Notes: generated by a model not told the origin, from the letters alone. DNA of 64,000 bases from an uncultured Phycisphaerales bacterium (GCA_963844715.1 CAWJPJ010000004.1:32001-96000), one strand, 5' to 3'. Positions 1 to 11,183 are shown, numbered from the stretch's first letter. Program-made: numbers and translations.

Positions 1-743
1 CGCCCGCGGTAATCGGTCAGTGGAAAGCGATTTACGACGGCCGGAGCGTTGGGGTTACCCGGGCAATTCCCTTTGCAACAACATTTATCGATCTAAATTG
101 CCGCATGGAAATGTGGGCGCGAGGTCCGTTCGATTATTTGCACTTCTACCTCTCGCAGGAACTTCTTAACCGGATCGCGCACGACAACGCAATTGGGTCA
201 TCGCTCCAACTTCAGGAAGTCTTTTTTGTCGAAGATCTGGTTGTGGCGCAAATGACAAGGAGCATTCTCTGGCCGGTCAAACACGGGGAGCCCCTCGATC
301 GGCTTGCGCTGGACCAAATCGCAATGATCCTGGGGGCTCACACGTTGCAGGCGCGTTGCGGCGCCCCCAAATTTTCGGCCGGCCCCAGGTGTGGGTTGGA
401 GCCGTGGCAAAAGCTGCGAGCCGAGGAGATGTTACGGGCGCATCTCGAGGGGAATCTGACGATCAAAGAGCTGGCCACGGCCTGCTCTCTTTCTCCGAGT
501 CATTTCGGACGATGCTTTCGGCGGAGTTTTGGCACCTCTGTTCACCAGCGGTTGCTTCAGCTACGAACCGAGCATGCCAAGCAGTTGCTTTTGCAAAGCA
601 ATGATACGTTGGTTGAGGTTGCGTTACAGTCGGGCTTCTGCGATCAAGCCGCTTTTAGTCGAACCTTCAGCCGCATCGAGCACACGACGCCGTCACGCTG
701 GCGCCGAGTTAACAAGAACGGGCAAGGCGAACCTCTGGAATGA
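1..743 (+). CDS. AraC-family transcriptional regulator (5' partial)
   Basis: C-terminal AraC HTH (LTIKELATACSLSPSHFGRCFRRSFG...VALQSGFCDQAAFSRTF). The frame is open from position 3, so the start lies outside the window. Confidence 0.9.
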   Translation, partial: PAVIGQWKAIYDGRSVGVTRAIPFATTFIDLNCRMEMWARGPFDYLHFYLSQELLNRIAHDNAIGSSLQLQEVFFVEDLVVAQMTRSILWPVKHGEPLDRLALDQIAMILGAHTLQARCGAPKFSAGPRCGLEPWQKLRAEEMLRAHLEGNLTIKELATACSLSPSHFGRCFRRSFGTSVHQRLLQLRTEHAKQLLLQSNDTLVEVALQSGFCDQAAFSRTFSRIEHTTPSRWRRVNKNGQGEPLE

Positions 744-974
744 CGTTGCTCGAATCAGTTCTCGGCGATTGGCCATTCTAAATTTCGACGATCAGAATCG
801 ACAAAACGGGCGTAATTATCCAAGACGGCTTTTAACCTTCTGTTTACTGTCGCGCGTAGAGGCATGCCAATCGCAGCTGTACGTCCCGCGCAAGGTGGAG
901 GCGTTTGGTGCGAAGGCGTTCGGTTTCGAAAATCGATTGATTCGAGTGCATCTTTTGCGCAAAGGAGAACGGTC

Positions 975-1689
975 GTGAAACAGCATATTAAGAATGTGGT
1001 TCTGGTCCATGGAGCTTTCGCCGACGGGTCCGGTTGGGAAGCTGTCGCTAACATCCTCAGGAATGACGGATACAAGGTGTCGGGTAGCGCAGCCCCCCGA
1101 GACGTCGTACGCTGATGACCAAAAGTACACGAAGGCCGCAATCGACGCCATGGACGGGCCGGTGGTTCTGGTGGGTCACAGTTACGGCGGGTCCATCATC
1201 ACCGAGGCCGGCAATCATCCAAAGGTGGCGGCGCTTGTCTATATTGCCGCGTTTGCGCTCGATGAAGGTGAGAGCTGTGCGTCGATCGAACAGGCCCTGC
1301 CGCAAGCCTCCAAGGCGTTCAAGTCGGACAGCAACGGACTCTGGTGGATAGACCAGGAGCATTTCGCGGCCGACTTTGCGGCGGACATTCCGCCGGAAAA
1401 GGCGGCGTTCATGGCTATATCGCAGGTGCCGATCTCCACCGACTCGTTTACCCACCCGGTTAGGTCACCCGCCTGGAAGACCAAGCCCACCTGGTACATG
1501 GTGGCGACCGCAGACCGATCGATCAATCCTGACCAGGAGCGGATGATGGCGAAGCGCGCTCGTGCCAAGACGGTCGAAGTGAATTCCAGCCATGTGGCCT
1601 ACATGTCTCACCCGAAGGAAGCGGCCAGGCTTATCGAGGAGGCTGCCACCTCTGCGCCCGTCAATCAACCGGCGGCAGTTTCGGTGTAG
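975..1689 (+). CDS. Alpha/beta fold hydrolase (frameshift near 1080)
   Basis: N-terminus VVLVHGAFADGSGW in ORF 864..1115 joins GHSYGG nucleophile motif and C-terminal SSHVAY in ORF 994..1689. AAAGGAG RBS precedes GTG at 975. Confidence 0.85.
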
Positions 1690-1792
1690 GGCTTCGCTCG
1701 CTGGGCGCATGGCGGCCAAGCTAAAACCGGCTCGCCGGAGAGAGGGCCTCCGACGATCCTCGTGATCGATGAAATGATGCCAGAGTAAACAG

Positions 1793-2473
1793 ATGAAACT
1801 GACTTACTACGGACATTCCTGTTTCTCTGTGTTGGCTGGCGGCAAAACATTGTTGTTTGACCCGTTCATTACACCCAATGAACGCGCCAGTTCTATTGAT
1901 GTCGATAAAGTTCCCGCCGACTATATTTTTATTTCGCACGGTCATTACGATCACATTTTTGATGCAGTCCGCATTGCCAAACGAACGGGAGCCAAAGTCT
2001 TGGGGAACTGGGAAATTTATGACTGGTTTAACAAAAATGGCCTCAAGAACACTCACCCGATCAATCCTGGCGGGCAATTCACTTTTGATTTTGGGATTGT
2101 AAAAAGTTTTATTGCCCAACATCCGAGCAGTTTTCCGGATGGCAGCTATGCGGGCGTCGCCTGTGGCTTTGCGTTTAAGACGCCGAGTGGCAGTTTTTAC
2201 TATAGTGGTGATACCGGACTCACATTGGATATGCAGTTGGTGCCATCCTGGGCGAAGCTCGATTTTGCAGTTCTGCCAATAGGTGACGGGTTGACGATGG
2301 GGGCGGAAGATGCGGCAAAAGCAGCTGGGTATGTGGGCGTGAAAAAGGTTCTCGGCGTTCATTACGATACGTTCGGATTCATAAAAATTGATCACTCCAA
2401 AGCCGTCGAGTGCTTTGCGAAGGCGGGCGTGAAACTTTGCTTGCAAGAGATCGGAAGCGAGATTGAATTTTGA
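1793..2473 (+). CDS. Metal-dependent hydrolase, MBL fold (UPF0173-like)
   Basis: YYGHSCF, SHGHYDH, YYSGDT and GVHYDTF motifs; visibly more AT-rich than its neighbours. Confidence 0.9.
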   Translation: MKLTYYGHSCFSVLAGGKTLLFDPFITPNERASSIDVDKVPADYIFISHGHYDHIFDAVRIAKRTGAKVLGNWEIYDWFNKNGLKNTHPINPGGQFTFDFGIVKSFIAQHPSSFPDGSYAGVACGFAFKTPSGSFYYSGDTGLTLDMQLVPSWAKLDFAVLPIGDGLTMGAEDAAKAAGYVGVKKVLGVHYDTFGFIKIDHSKAVECFAKAGVKLCLQEIGSEIEF

Positions 2474-2506
2474 CGGCGGTGGCCGTGACTTTCGTTTGGC
2501 GGGGTT

Positions 2507-3541
2507 CTAGGGGAAGGCTTGGCCGGACGTGGGGGTCCATTTGTCGATGAGGGCCTGCAACTGGGGTTGATTGGGGTTCAGGTCGAGGCTGCGATGCCAG
2601 GTGAGGAGGGCCTGCTTGCGGACGTCCTCATCCAACTCCGCGCCCGCGACGTAACGGCGGATCAGAATCAGACCGGTTTGATTGAGGGCTTGCCAATAGT
2701 CGGGATTTCTGCGCAGCGCTTCGGCGTATTGGCGGTAGGCGTCGTCGTCCTCACCGTCGAGGACCAGGGCGTCGCCGTAGCGCTTGCGGGCCAGGGTGGT
2801 GTCGGAGAGCTTGATCTCGTCGCGCATGACGCCGACGGCGTCGCGGCCCCGGCCCTGGCGGATGAGGTTTCCGGCGAGGTTCATCATGGCGATCGAGGAC
2901 TTGGGATCCAATTCGACGGCGCTGCGATATTCCAATTCGGCGGCGGCGAGATCGCCGGTTGAGTCGAGGCAGACGCCGAGGTTTAGATGCGCCGCGGCGG
3001 AGTGGGGGTCAATCTGCACGGCCTGCTTCATCGTGGTCAGGGCGTCCGCCGGCTGACCCAGCGCCAGATAGACCAGGCCGAGGTTCATGGTCGAATTCAA
3101 ATCAGTCGGCTTAAGCTGCAAGGCCTTGAGGTAACAGCCGGCGGCTTCCTGGAGGCGGTCGAGGAACTGATAGGTGATTCCCAGGTTGTAATGATTTTCG
3201 TAATCATACGGGTCGAGTTTGACAGCGATTTCGTAATGGACCTGCGCCGAGTTGTAATCGGCGCGGCTGCGATAGATGTTGCCCAGGATGACGTGGGCCA
3301 TTGTCAGGTCGGGGTTTTCCTGCACGGCCTGGGTGAGTTCGGTGACGGCGGTGTCGGTGTCGCCGGCCTGATAGGCGGTGGCGCCGCGGATGTATTCCTC
3401 GGTGCCCGCCTGCGGGGCGGCGGCGCCGCTTTCTCCGTGGTGGAGCAGGCAACCCGTATTCAGGAGACAGAGGCCGGCAATCGCGGTTCCGGCGACGAAT
3501 CGGGCGACCAGACGGGCAAGAGCGCTTCCGTGAGTCATCAT
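2507..3541 (-). CDS. TPR-repeat protein, probable lipoprotein
   Basis: Hydrophobic N-terminus with a possible lipobox (NTGC), followed by multiple TPR repeats (HYNLG, MNLG, HLNLG). Confidence 0.8.
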   Translation of the reverse strand: MMTHGSALARLVARFVAGTAIAGLCLLNTGCLLHHGESGAAAPQAGTEEYIRGATAYQAGDTDTAVTELTQAVQENPDLTMAHVILGNIYRSRADYNSAQVHYEIAVKLDPYDYENHYNLGITYQFLDRLQEAAGCYLKALQLKPTDLNSTMNLGLVYLALGQPADALTTMKQAVQIDPHSAAAHLNLGVCLDSTGDLAAAELEYRSAVELDPKSSIAMMNLAGNLIRQGRGRDAVGVMRDEIKLSDTTLARKRYGDALVLDGEDDDAYRQYAEALRRNPDYWQALNQTGLILIRRYVAGAELDEDVRKQALLTWHRSLDLNPNQPQLQALIDKWTPTSGQAFP

Positions 3542-3586
3542 GTGAGGGGTTGGTTTAAATCTTTCGACAGACTCTTAAATCGGCGG

Positions 3587-3615
3587 TTGACGATGGTTTA
3601 CGCCAGTTCTACTAT
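3587..3615 (+). promoter_or_regulatory. Putative sigma70 promoter for the GT2/BshC-like pair
   Basis: TTGACG-17 bp-TACTAT upstream of 3720. Confidence 0.5.
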
Positions 3616-3719
3616 GAATCGAGTTTCCGCCGCCGGCAAGGATTGCGTCCCATAAACGCATGGCGGTGGCGTCAACATAAATAAGGTTTTCGCGGTCATA
3701 AAGTTGCGAGGAGCTTATC

Positions 3720-4454
3720 GTGAAGTTGCTCATTGCCGTGCCGGTTTATAACGAAATCAAGTACGTTGGTCACGTGCTGGACAAGATTAAGCATTTTTGG
3801 CCGGAAGTGTTAGTCGTGGACGACGGAAGCGACGATGGAACGGGACCGATGCTGGCGGCGCGGAGCGATATCCGGGTGATTCGGCACGGGAGCAATCGGG
3901 GATATGGGCAAAGCCTGATTGACGCGTTCGCCTTTGCGGATCGCGCGGGTTATGAGTGGGTTTTGACGATGGATTGCGATGAGCAGCACGAGCCGGAGAT
4001 GATCCCTGAGTTCATCAAGCACATTCAGACGGACAAATGGGATTTGATCAGCGGGTCGCGGTATTTGCATCCGCGGGGAGATGACGACCTGCCGCCGACG
4101 GACCGGCGGGCGATCAATGTGACGATCACTACAATTTTGAACGACCTTTTTAATCTGGGTTTGACGGACGCATTTTGCGGATTTAAGGCGCATCGGGTTT
4201 CGGGTTTGCGCAAGTTGCATCTGGATGTGGCGGGCTATGCATTTCCGGTGCAGCTCTGGCCGCAAGTGGCGGCGGCGAATCTGCGCGTGACGGAGCTTCC
4301 GGTGCGGCTGATCTACAATGATCCGACACGGCATTTCGGCGGCGAACTGGACGATGCGGGCATTCGGCTCAAGCACTATCTGCAAGTGCTGAACCGGGAA
4401 GTCACCAAACTCACCGACCGAACGCCGGAGCCGATTGGCTGCGGCTGCGAATAA
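3720..4454 (+). CDS. Glycosyltransferase family 2 (DPM-synthase-like)
   Basis: VPVYNE, VVDDGSDD, TMDCDEQH, SGSRY and TDAFCGFKA motifs. Confidence 0.9.
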   Translation: MKLLIAVPVYNEIKYVGHVLDKIKHFWPEVLVVDDGSDDGTGPMLAARSDIRVIRHGSNRGYGQSLIDAFAFADRAGYEWVLTMDCDEQHEPEMIPEFIKHIQTDKWDLISGSRYLHPRGDDDLPPTDRRAINVTITTILNDLFNLGLTDAFCGFKAHRVSGLRKLHLDVAGYAFPVQLWPQVAAANLRVTELPVRLIYNDPTRHFGGELDDAGIRLKHYLQVLNREVTKLTDRTPEPIGCGCE

Positions 4455-4463
4455 ATTCAACCT

Positions 4464-5972
4464 ATGATCCGGGGATTTTCGTCCTATCCCGACTGGAAAG
4501 CGCCGGGCGAAGACTCGGGTTTGCTGATCTGGCCCGAGCCGGCCGATCTCCTCAAACAAACTCTGGAAAATCGAAAGGCGCTTGCCGGGCAGACCGCGCC
4601 GGTGGCCGGTGGCGTGCCGCTGAATGAGCTGCGCCACGAGATGCGAAAGTGGCTGCATCTTGCAGATGATTTGCCTCTTTTTGTTACGGCGCATCAGACG
4701 GAGCTTTACCACGCGGGGGTCTGGTCGAAGCTGGCGCTGGCGGCGGCGGCGGTGGGAAGAATCGGGGCGGAATCGATCATGATCGGGGTGGATACGGATG
4801 CTCCGAAGCATTTGAATCTGCGCTGGCCGCGATTTTCCGCGCCGATTACGGATGATCCGAATCTGGGCGTGTCGGCGTGGAGCGGATTGGTCGCGGGGCC
4901 CACGCCCAAGCATCTGGCGGAATTGACGGGCGCGCTCAAATCGGCGGCGGAGCAGTGGTCGTTTAAGCCGATGGCTTTGGAGTTTCTGGCGGAAATGACG
5001 CGGCGATCGATCGATCAGCCGGGGCTGTCTCCAGGAATCACTGAGGCGATGCAGAAATTGGATTGGGAGCTGGGACTGCGGCATCAGTCTTTGATCGCGT
5101 CGCCGATTTTTGGAAGTCTTCCCTATCTGGCGATTACGCATCATCTGCTGGCGCGGGCGGGGGAATTCGCGCAAGTTTACAACCGCGCGCTGGCCGAATA
5201 TCGCGCGGCGCACGGCATTCACACCGGGGCGCGGCCGATGCCCGATCTGCAAATCCTGGCGAACAGCGTCGAAGTGCCGTTCTGGATGGATGATTTGAGG
5301 ACGGGGTATCGGTCTCGGCCGCATGTTATTCATGATCAACACGGTTGGAAGATTATCGCCTGCGGGCAGACTCTGCGGCTCGATCCGAAATCGGGCGGAT
5401 GGGCCGGAGCGGAGGAATTGCAAAAGTTCCTGCAAGGGTGCGGCGCGCGGATCTCGCCGCGGGCGCTGACGCTGACGCTGGTGATCCGATTGCTGGTCGC
5501 GGATCAATTCATTCACGGGATCGGCGGCGGGCGCTACGATCAGGTGACGGATCAGGTGATCGCGAGATTTTTCGGGATCGAGCCGCCGCCGTTCGCGGTG
5601 ACGACGGCGACGTTGTATTTCCCCACGGCGGTGGGGCGGAGGCGGCCTTGTCTTCCCTGCCTGGCGCATGAGGGGCATCAACTTCGGCATCGCGTGCTGG
5701 AGGAAAAGAAGGCCGATTTGGTGCGGCTGATCGAACAGTCGCCGCGGAAATCGGCGCAGAGGCAGAAGGCGTTTTCGATGATGCAATCGATGCTGGCGGC
5801 GGCGGCAGCGGAGCATCCGAAAATTCAGGATTGGCAAACCCGGGTCGCCGAGGCGAATCGAGTGAATCTTGAAGATTCGGTTTTGTTTGATCGGGAGTAT
5901 TTTTATGGGATGCAGCCGAGGGAACGACTGGTGAGGATAATCGACAGTTATGCGAAAAGATTTGCCGAATAA
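4464..5972 (+). CDS. Conserved hypothetical protein, possibly a distant BshC-like ligase
   Basis: TAHQTELYHAGVWSK, GVDTD and FIHGIGGGRYD motifs, then a coiled-coil C-terminal part. The layout resembles BshC; starts 9 bp after the GT2 stop. Confidence 0.5.
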   Translation: MIRGFSSYPDWKAPGEDSGLLIWPEPADLLKQTLENRKALAGQTAPVAGGVPLNELRHEMRKWLHLADDLPLFVTAHQTELYHAGVWSKLALAAAAVGRIGAESIMIGVDTDAPKHLNLRWPRFSAPITDDPNLGVSAWSGLVAGPTPKHLAELTGALKSAAEQWSFKPMALEFLAEMTRRSIDQPGLSPGITEAMQKLDWELGLRHQSLIASPIFGSLPYLAITHHLLARAGEFAQVYNRALAEYRAAHGIHTGARPMPDLQILANSVEVPFWMDDLRTGYRSRPHVIHDQHGWKIIACGQTLRLDPKSGGWAGAEELQKFLQGCGARISPRALTLTLVIRLLVADQFIHGIGGGRYDQVTDQVIARFFGIEPPPFAVTTATLYFPTAVGRRRPCLPCLAHEGHQLRHRVLEEKKADLVRLIEQSPRKSAQRQKAFSMMQSMLAAAAAEHPKIQDWQTRVAEANRVNLEDSVLFDREYFYGMQPRERLVRIIDSYAKRFAE

Positions 5973-6146
5973 CTACTTTTCGCAAACCTCATCTTCGAGC
6001 AACATTTCTATGACTTCGCGCAGATTTCGGTTGAGTTCGTCGAGTGTTGCGCCTTGGGAATGCGCTCCCGCGAAGCCCGGGACGTAACCGACGAGCAGGC
6101 CGGTTTCAGGATCTTTTTCCACGATGGCCGTGAATGTCGCCTTCAT
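5973..6146 (-). CDS. hicB: HicB-family antitoxin (57 aa, absent from the ORF track)
   Basis: Manual translation MKATFTAIVEKDPETGLLVGYVPGFAGAHSQGATLDELNRNLREVIEMLLEDEVCEK matches the HicB pattern (VPG..GAHSQG.TLDEL..NL.E.IE). Confidence 0.8.
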   Translation of the reverse strand: MKATFTAIVEKDPETGLLVGYVPGFAGAHSQGATLDELNRNLREVIEMLLEDEVCEK

Positions 6147-6239
6147 TACCGCGATTATAGCAAATTAAGGGGTCGTCGGCGAGTTTGTTAAGCGGCGTGC
6201 GGGCCTCTAAAATGCAGGGCTCGTATTGCGGAACGCCGT

Positions 6240-8027
6240 ATGCAGATTCGTAATTTTTCGATCATTGCCCATATCGATCATGGGAAGAGCACGTTGTCGG
6301 ACCGGCTGCTGATGCGCGCCGGGGCGATCACGGAGCGCGAATTCAAGGAACAGATTCTGGACGATATGGACCTGGAGCGGGAGCGGGGGATCACGATCAA
6401 GGCGTCGGCGGTGACGGTGTTTCATACTGTTGATGGGGAAGAGTTCATGCTCAACTTCATCGATACGCCGGGGCATGTGGATTTTCATTACGAAGTGCAA
6501 AAGGCCCTTCAGGCGTGCGAAGGGGCGATTCTGGTGGTGGACGCGACGCAGGGGGTTCAGGCGCAGACGGTTGCCAATGCGTACGCGGCGCTCGAGGCTG
6601 GGTTGGAGATCATTCCAGTTATCAACAAGATCGATCTGGCGAGTGCTCAGCCGGTGCAGGTGGCGGAGGAAATCGAGCAGATTCTCGGATTCCCGGCGGA
6701 GGATACGCTGCTGGTTTCCGCCAAGACGGGGCAGGGGATCGATGAGTTGCTGGATCTGCTGTGCCGGAAGCTGCCGGCCCCGCGCGGGGACCCGAACGCG
6801 CCGACGCGGGCGCTGATTTTCGACAGCATTTACGACGATTATCGCGGCGTGATTGTTTACGTGCGCGTGGTGGACGGGGAACTGGTCAAGGGGCAGAAAA
6901 TTCGGCTTATGGGCGTGGACAAGCAGTACCAGATCACGGATCTGGCGAAGCTGATGCCGCGGCCGAAGCAAGTGGAAAAGATCGGGACGGGGGAAGTGGG
7001 ATTTCTGGTCGCGGCGATCAAGGATTTACACGACGTGCGGGTGGGCGACACGGTGACGGACGCGGGCAATCCCGCGAAGGAGGCGCTGCCGGGTTATAAG
7101 CCGATCCAGCAGATGGTTTATTGCGATTTTTATCCCGGCGGGAGCACGCAATACGACCAGCTTCGCGACGCGATGGACCGGTTGCAGCTCAACGACAGCA
7201 GTTTTACGTTCGCGCCGGAGTCATCGGATGCGCTGGGATTTGGATTTCGCTGCGGATTCCTGGGTCTTTTGCACATGGAGATCATTCAGGAGCGGCTGGA
7301 GAGGGAATTTCATATCGAGGTGATTCAGACGGCGCCGACGGTGACGTACGAAATCAAGCTCACGGACGGCAGCGTGATGCGGATCGATGCGCCAAGCGAG
7401 CTGCCGAACCCGACGCAGGTGGAGGAGATTCGCGAGCCGTATATTTTGATGAATTTGATTCTGCCGGGCGACAGCGTGGGGGCGCTGATGAAATTGTGCG
7501 AGGACCGGCGGGGGGTTTACAAGAAGACGGAATATATTGGGGCGTCGCGGGTGATTCTGGTTTATGAATTGCCGCTGGCGGAGGTGATTTACGATTTTTA
7601 CGACCGGCTGAAGAGCGCGACGCGCGGGTATGGCACGATGGATTACGATCTGATCGGGTTCCGGGTGGGTGATCTTGTGAAGATGGATATTCTGGTCAAC
7701 GGGGATCGGGTGGATGCGCTGAGCGTCATCGTTCATCGCGATCACGCCGAGCAGCGGGGGAGGAAATTGCTGGTGCGGCTCAAGGAGGAGATCGCTCGGC
7801 ATCTGTTTGAGATTCCGCTTCAGGCGGCGATTGGCGGGAAGATCATCGCCCGCGAAACCATCAAATCGGTGGGCAAGAACGTCACGGCCAAGTGCTACGG
7901 CGGGGACGTGACGCGCAAGCGAAAACTGCTGGAAAAACAAAAAGAGGGAAAGAAGCGGATGAAGCGGGTGGGAAGCGTGGATATTCCGCAGGAAGCGTTC
8001 ATGGCGATTTTGGAGAGCGGGGAGTAA
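6240..8027 (+). CDS. lepA: Elongation factor 4 (GTPase)
   Basis: [39 protein letters not shown] and [25 protein letters not shown]. Confidence 0.98.
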   Translation: MQIRNFSIIAHIDHGKSTLSDRLLMRAGAITEREFKEQILDDMDLERERGITIKASAVTVFHTVDGEEFMLNFIDTPGHVDFHYEVQKALQACEGAILVVDATQGVQAQTVANAYAALEAGLEIIPVINKIDLASAQPVQVAEEIEQILGFPAEDTLLVSAKTGQGIDELLDLLCRKLPAPRGDPNAPTRALIFDSIYDDYRGVIVYVRVVDGELVKGQKIRLMGVDKQYQITDLAKLMPRPKQVEKIGTGEVGFLVAAIKDLHDVRVGDTVTDAGNPAKEALPGYKPIQQMVYCDFYPGGSTQYDQLRDAMDRLQLNDSSFTFAPESSDALGFGFRCGFLGLLHMEIIQERLEREFHIEVIQTAPTVTYEIKLTDGSVMRIDAPSELPNPTQVEEIREPYILMNLILPGDSVGALMKLCEDRRGVYKKTEYIGASRVILVYELPLAEVIYDFYDRLKSATRGYGTMDYDLIGFRVGDLVKMDILVNGDRVDALSVIVHRDHAEQRGRKLLVRLKEEIARHLFEIPLQAAIGGKIIARETIKSVGKNVTAKCYGGDVTRKRKLLEKQKEGKKRMKRVGSVDIPQEAFMAILESGE

Positions 8028-8042
8028 CGGTATCATCGGCGC

Positions 8043-10086
8043 ATGGTGGCGGCGGAATTGGGAAATCGACGAGCGATTAGCCAAGGCGCAGCAACTGCGC
8101 CGGGACAAGCGGTGGGGCGAGGCGGAGTCCATCTGCCGGGAAATTCTGGAGATCGAGCCGAACGAATCGGAGGCGCTGCACCTGCTGGCGCTGCTGTTGT
8201 CGCTTCAGGGGCGGCGGGAGGAGGCGATTCCCGTTTATCGCAGGGCGCTGGTCGAGCGGCAGGATATCCCGGAGGCTTGGGTGAACCTCGGGGCGGCGCT
8301 GCGGGCGACGGGGAAAGTGGAAGAGGCGGCGGCCGCGCTGCAGAAGGCGATTGACCTGCGCGGGGATCTATTCGAGGCGTGGTTTAATCTGGGCAATGCG
8401 CGGATGGAGTTGAAGCAGCGGAACGCCGCCGCGGAGGCGTTCGCGGTTGCGGGGCGATTGCGGCCGGATGTTGCCGAGGCGTGGCTGAATCTGGGGGCGG
8501 CGAAATTGCATGAGGGCGCGGCGGTGGAGGCGGTGGAGGCATTCAATCGCGCCACGGCGGTAAAGCCGGAGCTTTCGGCCGCATGGATCAACGCCGGGGC
8601 TGCTCTTTTGATTTTGGGAAGAGACGGGCAGGCGGTCGAATACCTGCGTCGCGGGATTGAGCTTGATCCCGGGAATGGCGAGGCGTACGCGCATTTGGCG
8701 GCGGCTTTGAGAAAGACGGGTCAGTACGCGGCTGCTGCCGAGGCGCTGCGGCGGGCGGTTTCGCTGTGGCCGAATAATGGAGATGCGCTGGTGAAACTGA
8801 GCGCCCTCTTGCAGGACCTGGGGCTGATGTCCGAATCGCTGAAATGGTGCGAGAAATATCTGGCGATGAATCCCGCCGATGTCGACATCGCCAGTTACCG
8901 GCTTTGCCTGCTGCATTTGGTTCCGGGGTATACGCAGGAGAGGATTTTTCAGGAGCACTTGGATTGGGACAAGCGATTTGGGGCGAAGACACGCGGGCCG
9001 CTTCCGAAGCGTGCGGATCACCGGCGGTTGCGGATCGGGTATGTGTCGCCGGATTTTCGATTGCACTCGGTGTCGTTTTTTCTTGAGGCGCTATTGGAGC
9101 GGCATGACACGCAGAGTTTCGAGATTTATTGCTATAGCGACGTGGCGCGCCCGGACGACGTGACGGCACGGTTCAGGGGGCGCTGCCGGAACTGGCGGGA
9201 AATCGCCGGACGCGGCAATGACGAAGTTGCGGAAATCATCCGGGGAGATGAGATCGATATTCTGGTCGATCTCGCTGGGCACACGGCGGACAACCGGCTG
9301 GAGGTTTTTTCGCGGCGCATCGCGCCGGTTCAGGTGACTTATCTGGGGTATCCGGGATCGACGGGGTTGAAAGAGATGGATTTTCGGCTGACGGACGCCT
9401 GGGCCGATCCGCCGGGGAAGACGGAGCGGTATTGCACGGAGCGATTGATTCGCCTGCCGCGGACGGTGGCGTGCTATCGCGCTTGGGAGAAATGCCCGCC
9501 GCCGGGGCGATTGCGGCGCGCGAAGCCGACGTTCGGATGCTTCACTGTGCTGCGCAAAGTGGGGGATGAAGTATTGAATGCGTGGGGAGAAATTCTGGCG
9601 AGAGTTCCGGGGTCGAAATTTTTTCTGGGAGCGATCGGATTGGGGGATCAGGCCGTGCGAGGGAGAATCATCGACGCTCTGGGCAAATATGGAATTGGCG
9701 CGGATCGGCTGATTTTTCAGGATGTCCTTCCGATGGACAAATATTTCGCGGTGCATCATGAGATCGATCTGTATCTCGACACGTTCCCGGTGAACGGGCA
9801 CACGGTTGTTTGCCACGCCTTGTGGATGGGTGTTCCGGTGATCAATCTGGCGGGGGAGGTTTATTGCCAGAGGCTGGGGGCGAGCGTTTTGAATAATCTG
9901 GGGCTGGGAGATTGGGCGGTCGATTCGGCGCAGAAATACATTGATCTGGCCGTGCAATTGGCGGGCGATTTGCCGAAAATGGATTTGCGCGAGCGGATGA
10001 AAAATTCACCGGTAATGCACGCGGAACAATTCGCGCGGGACGTCGAGCAGGCCTATCGAGAAATGTGGGCTGCTACCGCTCGGTGA
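8043..10086 (+). CDS. TPR plus GT41 protein (SPINDLY/O-GlcNAc transferase family); frameshift near 8060
   Basis: N-terminal TPRs, then RIGYVSPDFRLHSV, IDILVDLAGHT, APVQVTYLGYP and DLYLDTFPVNGHT. The 8197 frame extends upstream as EIDERLAKAQQLRR... Confidence 0.85.
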
Positions 10087-11170
10087 CGGTGAATGAAACC
10101 TGGGGATTCTCGCCCGGGGCGAGGCGGACATCGGGTGGCAAGCCCAGAATTATCAGATCCTTCATCCTGGGGTTTTTCACGTCGTCGCTGTTGATCTGCA
10201 ACGCCGCGATCGGATGCACCTGGTGCTGGGCAATCTCGTCGATTTTGTCGGGCGGACCGACCAGCTTCACGGCCGGGTAAATGGGCGGGTCGAAGCCGAT
10301 CTTGTAATCGTTGACGACCACATTGTCAGCCATGAGAAGGATCGGAAGATTCGTCGCGGTGTAAGTGACGTCGGATTCCTTTACGGTCAGGGTTGCCTGC
10401 ACGGTTTGGGGATCGATGGTGACGCCTTCGGCGTCCGGGGGAATTAGAGAGACGGAGACCGGCGCGTGCTGTCCTGGCGAGTTCAGCATCGGCAAATTGG
10501 TGATGTCCGCGACGACCGAAAGGTGACCCTTTTCACTGGTGATGCGATCGAGCGCCTGGCTCGGCCCGGTTATCCTGATGGTGGGGGGCGTGAAGATCGC
10601 CGTTTCCACACTGAGCAATCCCGGCGGGGCTTCCACGGGAACTTCGCGGGTGACGAGTTTGTCCACAAATACGCGAAGGAAAGCCGGCGAGGCTTTTTGC
10701 ACGGTGATGCCGAGGTCCTTGAAGCGCCGGTCGTTTTCGATGTTGGGGAGGGTTTCGATCTCGTGCTCGCCGAGGGGAATCGACGGATCGATCGACACGA
10801 TCAGGGGATTGCCGGGTGCGAGCGATTCGCTGATTCGGTCGAGATTCGATTGCGGCCCCCAAAGATCGCAGGTGATCAACTTCTCGGGCGGGCTGAGCAG
10901 GGTGACAACCCGCGAGGGGTCGGTGCTTTGGATTTCGATGCTGGCCGAGACGTCCTGCTTGCCGACTTCCTGCCCCTGCTCGGCGTAGATCCAGATCAGG
11001 AGGGTCAGGGGAGCGACCCAGGCGAGCGTCCACAGGAACGATTTGATGTTTTCGCGGGTGAAGCCTTCGCGGATTCGCTGCATTTCCTCGGTGGCTTTGC
11101 GCGCGTAATAATCGACGATCAGGGGCCGATGTCGGTGAGGTGAGGAGTTTGGGGGGAGCGGGTTTTCCAT
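10073..11170 (-). CDS. CdaR/YbbR-like regulator of diadenylate cyclase
   Basis: Single N-terminal TM helix followed by beta-rich repeats (V...GP...); lies directly downstream of cdaA. Confidence 0.6.
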   Translation of the reverse strand: MENPLPPNSSPHRHRPLIVDYYARKATEEMQRIREGFTRENIKSFLWTLAWVAPLTLLIWIYAEQGQEVGKQDVSASIEIQSTDPSRVVTLLSPPEKLITCDLWGPQSNLDRISESLAPGNPLIVSIDPSIPLGEHEIETLPNIENDRRFKDLGITVQKASPAFLRVFVDKLVTREVPVEAPPGLLSVETAIFTPPTIRITGPSQALDRITSEKGHLSVVADITNLPMLNSPGQHAPVSVSLIPPDAEGVTIDPQTVQATLTVKESDVTYTATNLPILLMADNVVVNDYKIGFDPPIYPAVKLVGPPDKIDEIAQHQVHPIAALQINSDDVKNPRMKDLIILGLPPDVRLAPGENPQVSFTVTER

Positions 11171-11183
11171 GACTTTGGCGCAG

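Noticed and set aside
3810..5837. 675-aa minus-strand ORF and similar long antisense ORFs (e.g. 7221..8132, 49251..50477, 50984..52231)
   Set aside because: Arg/Pro-rich shadow frames of well-supported plus-strand genes in high-GC DNA.
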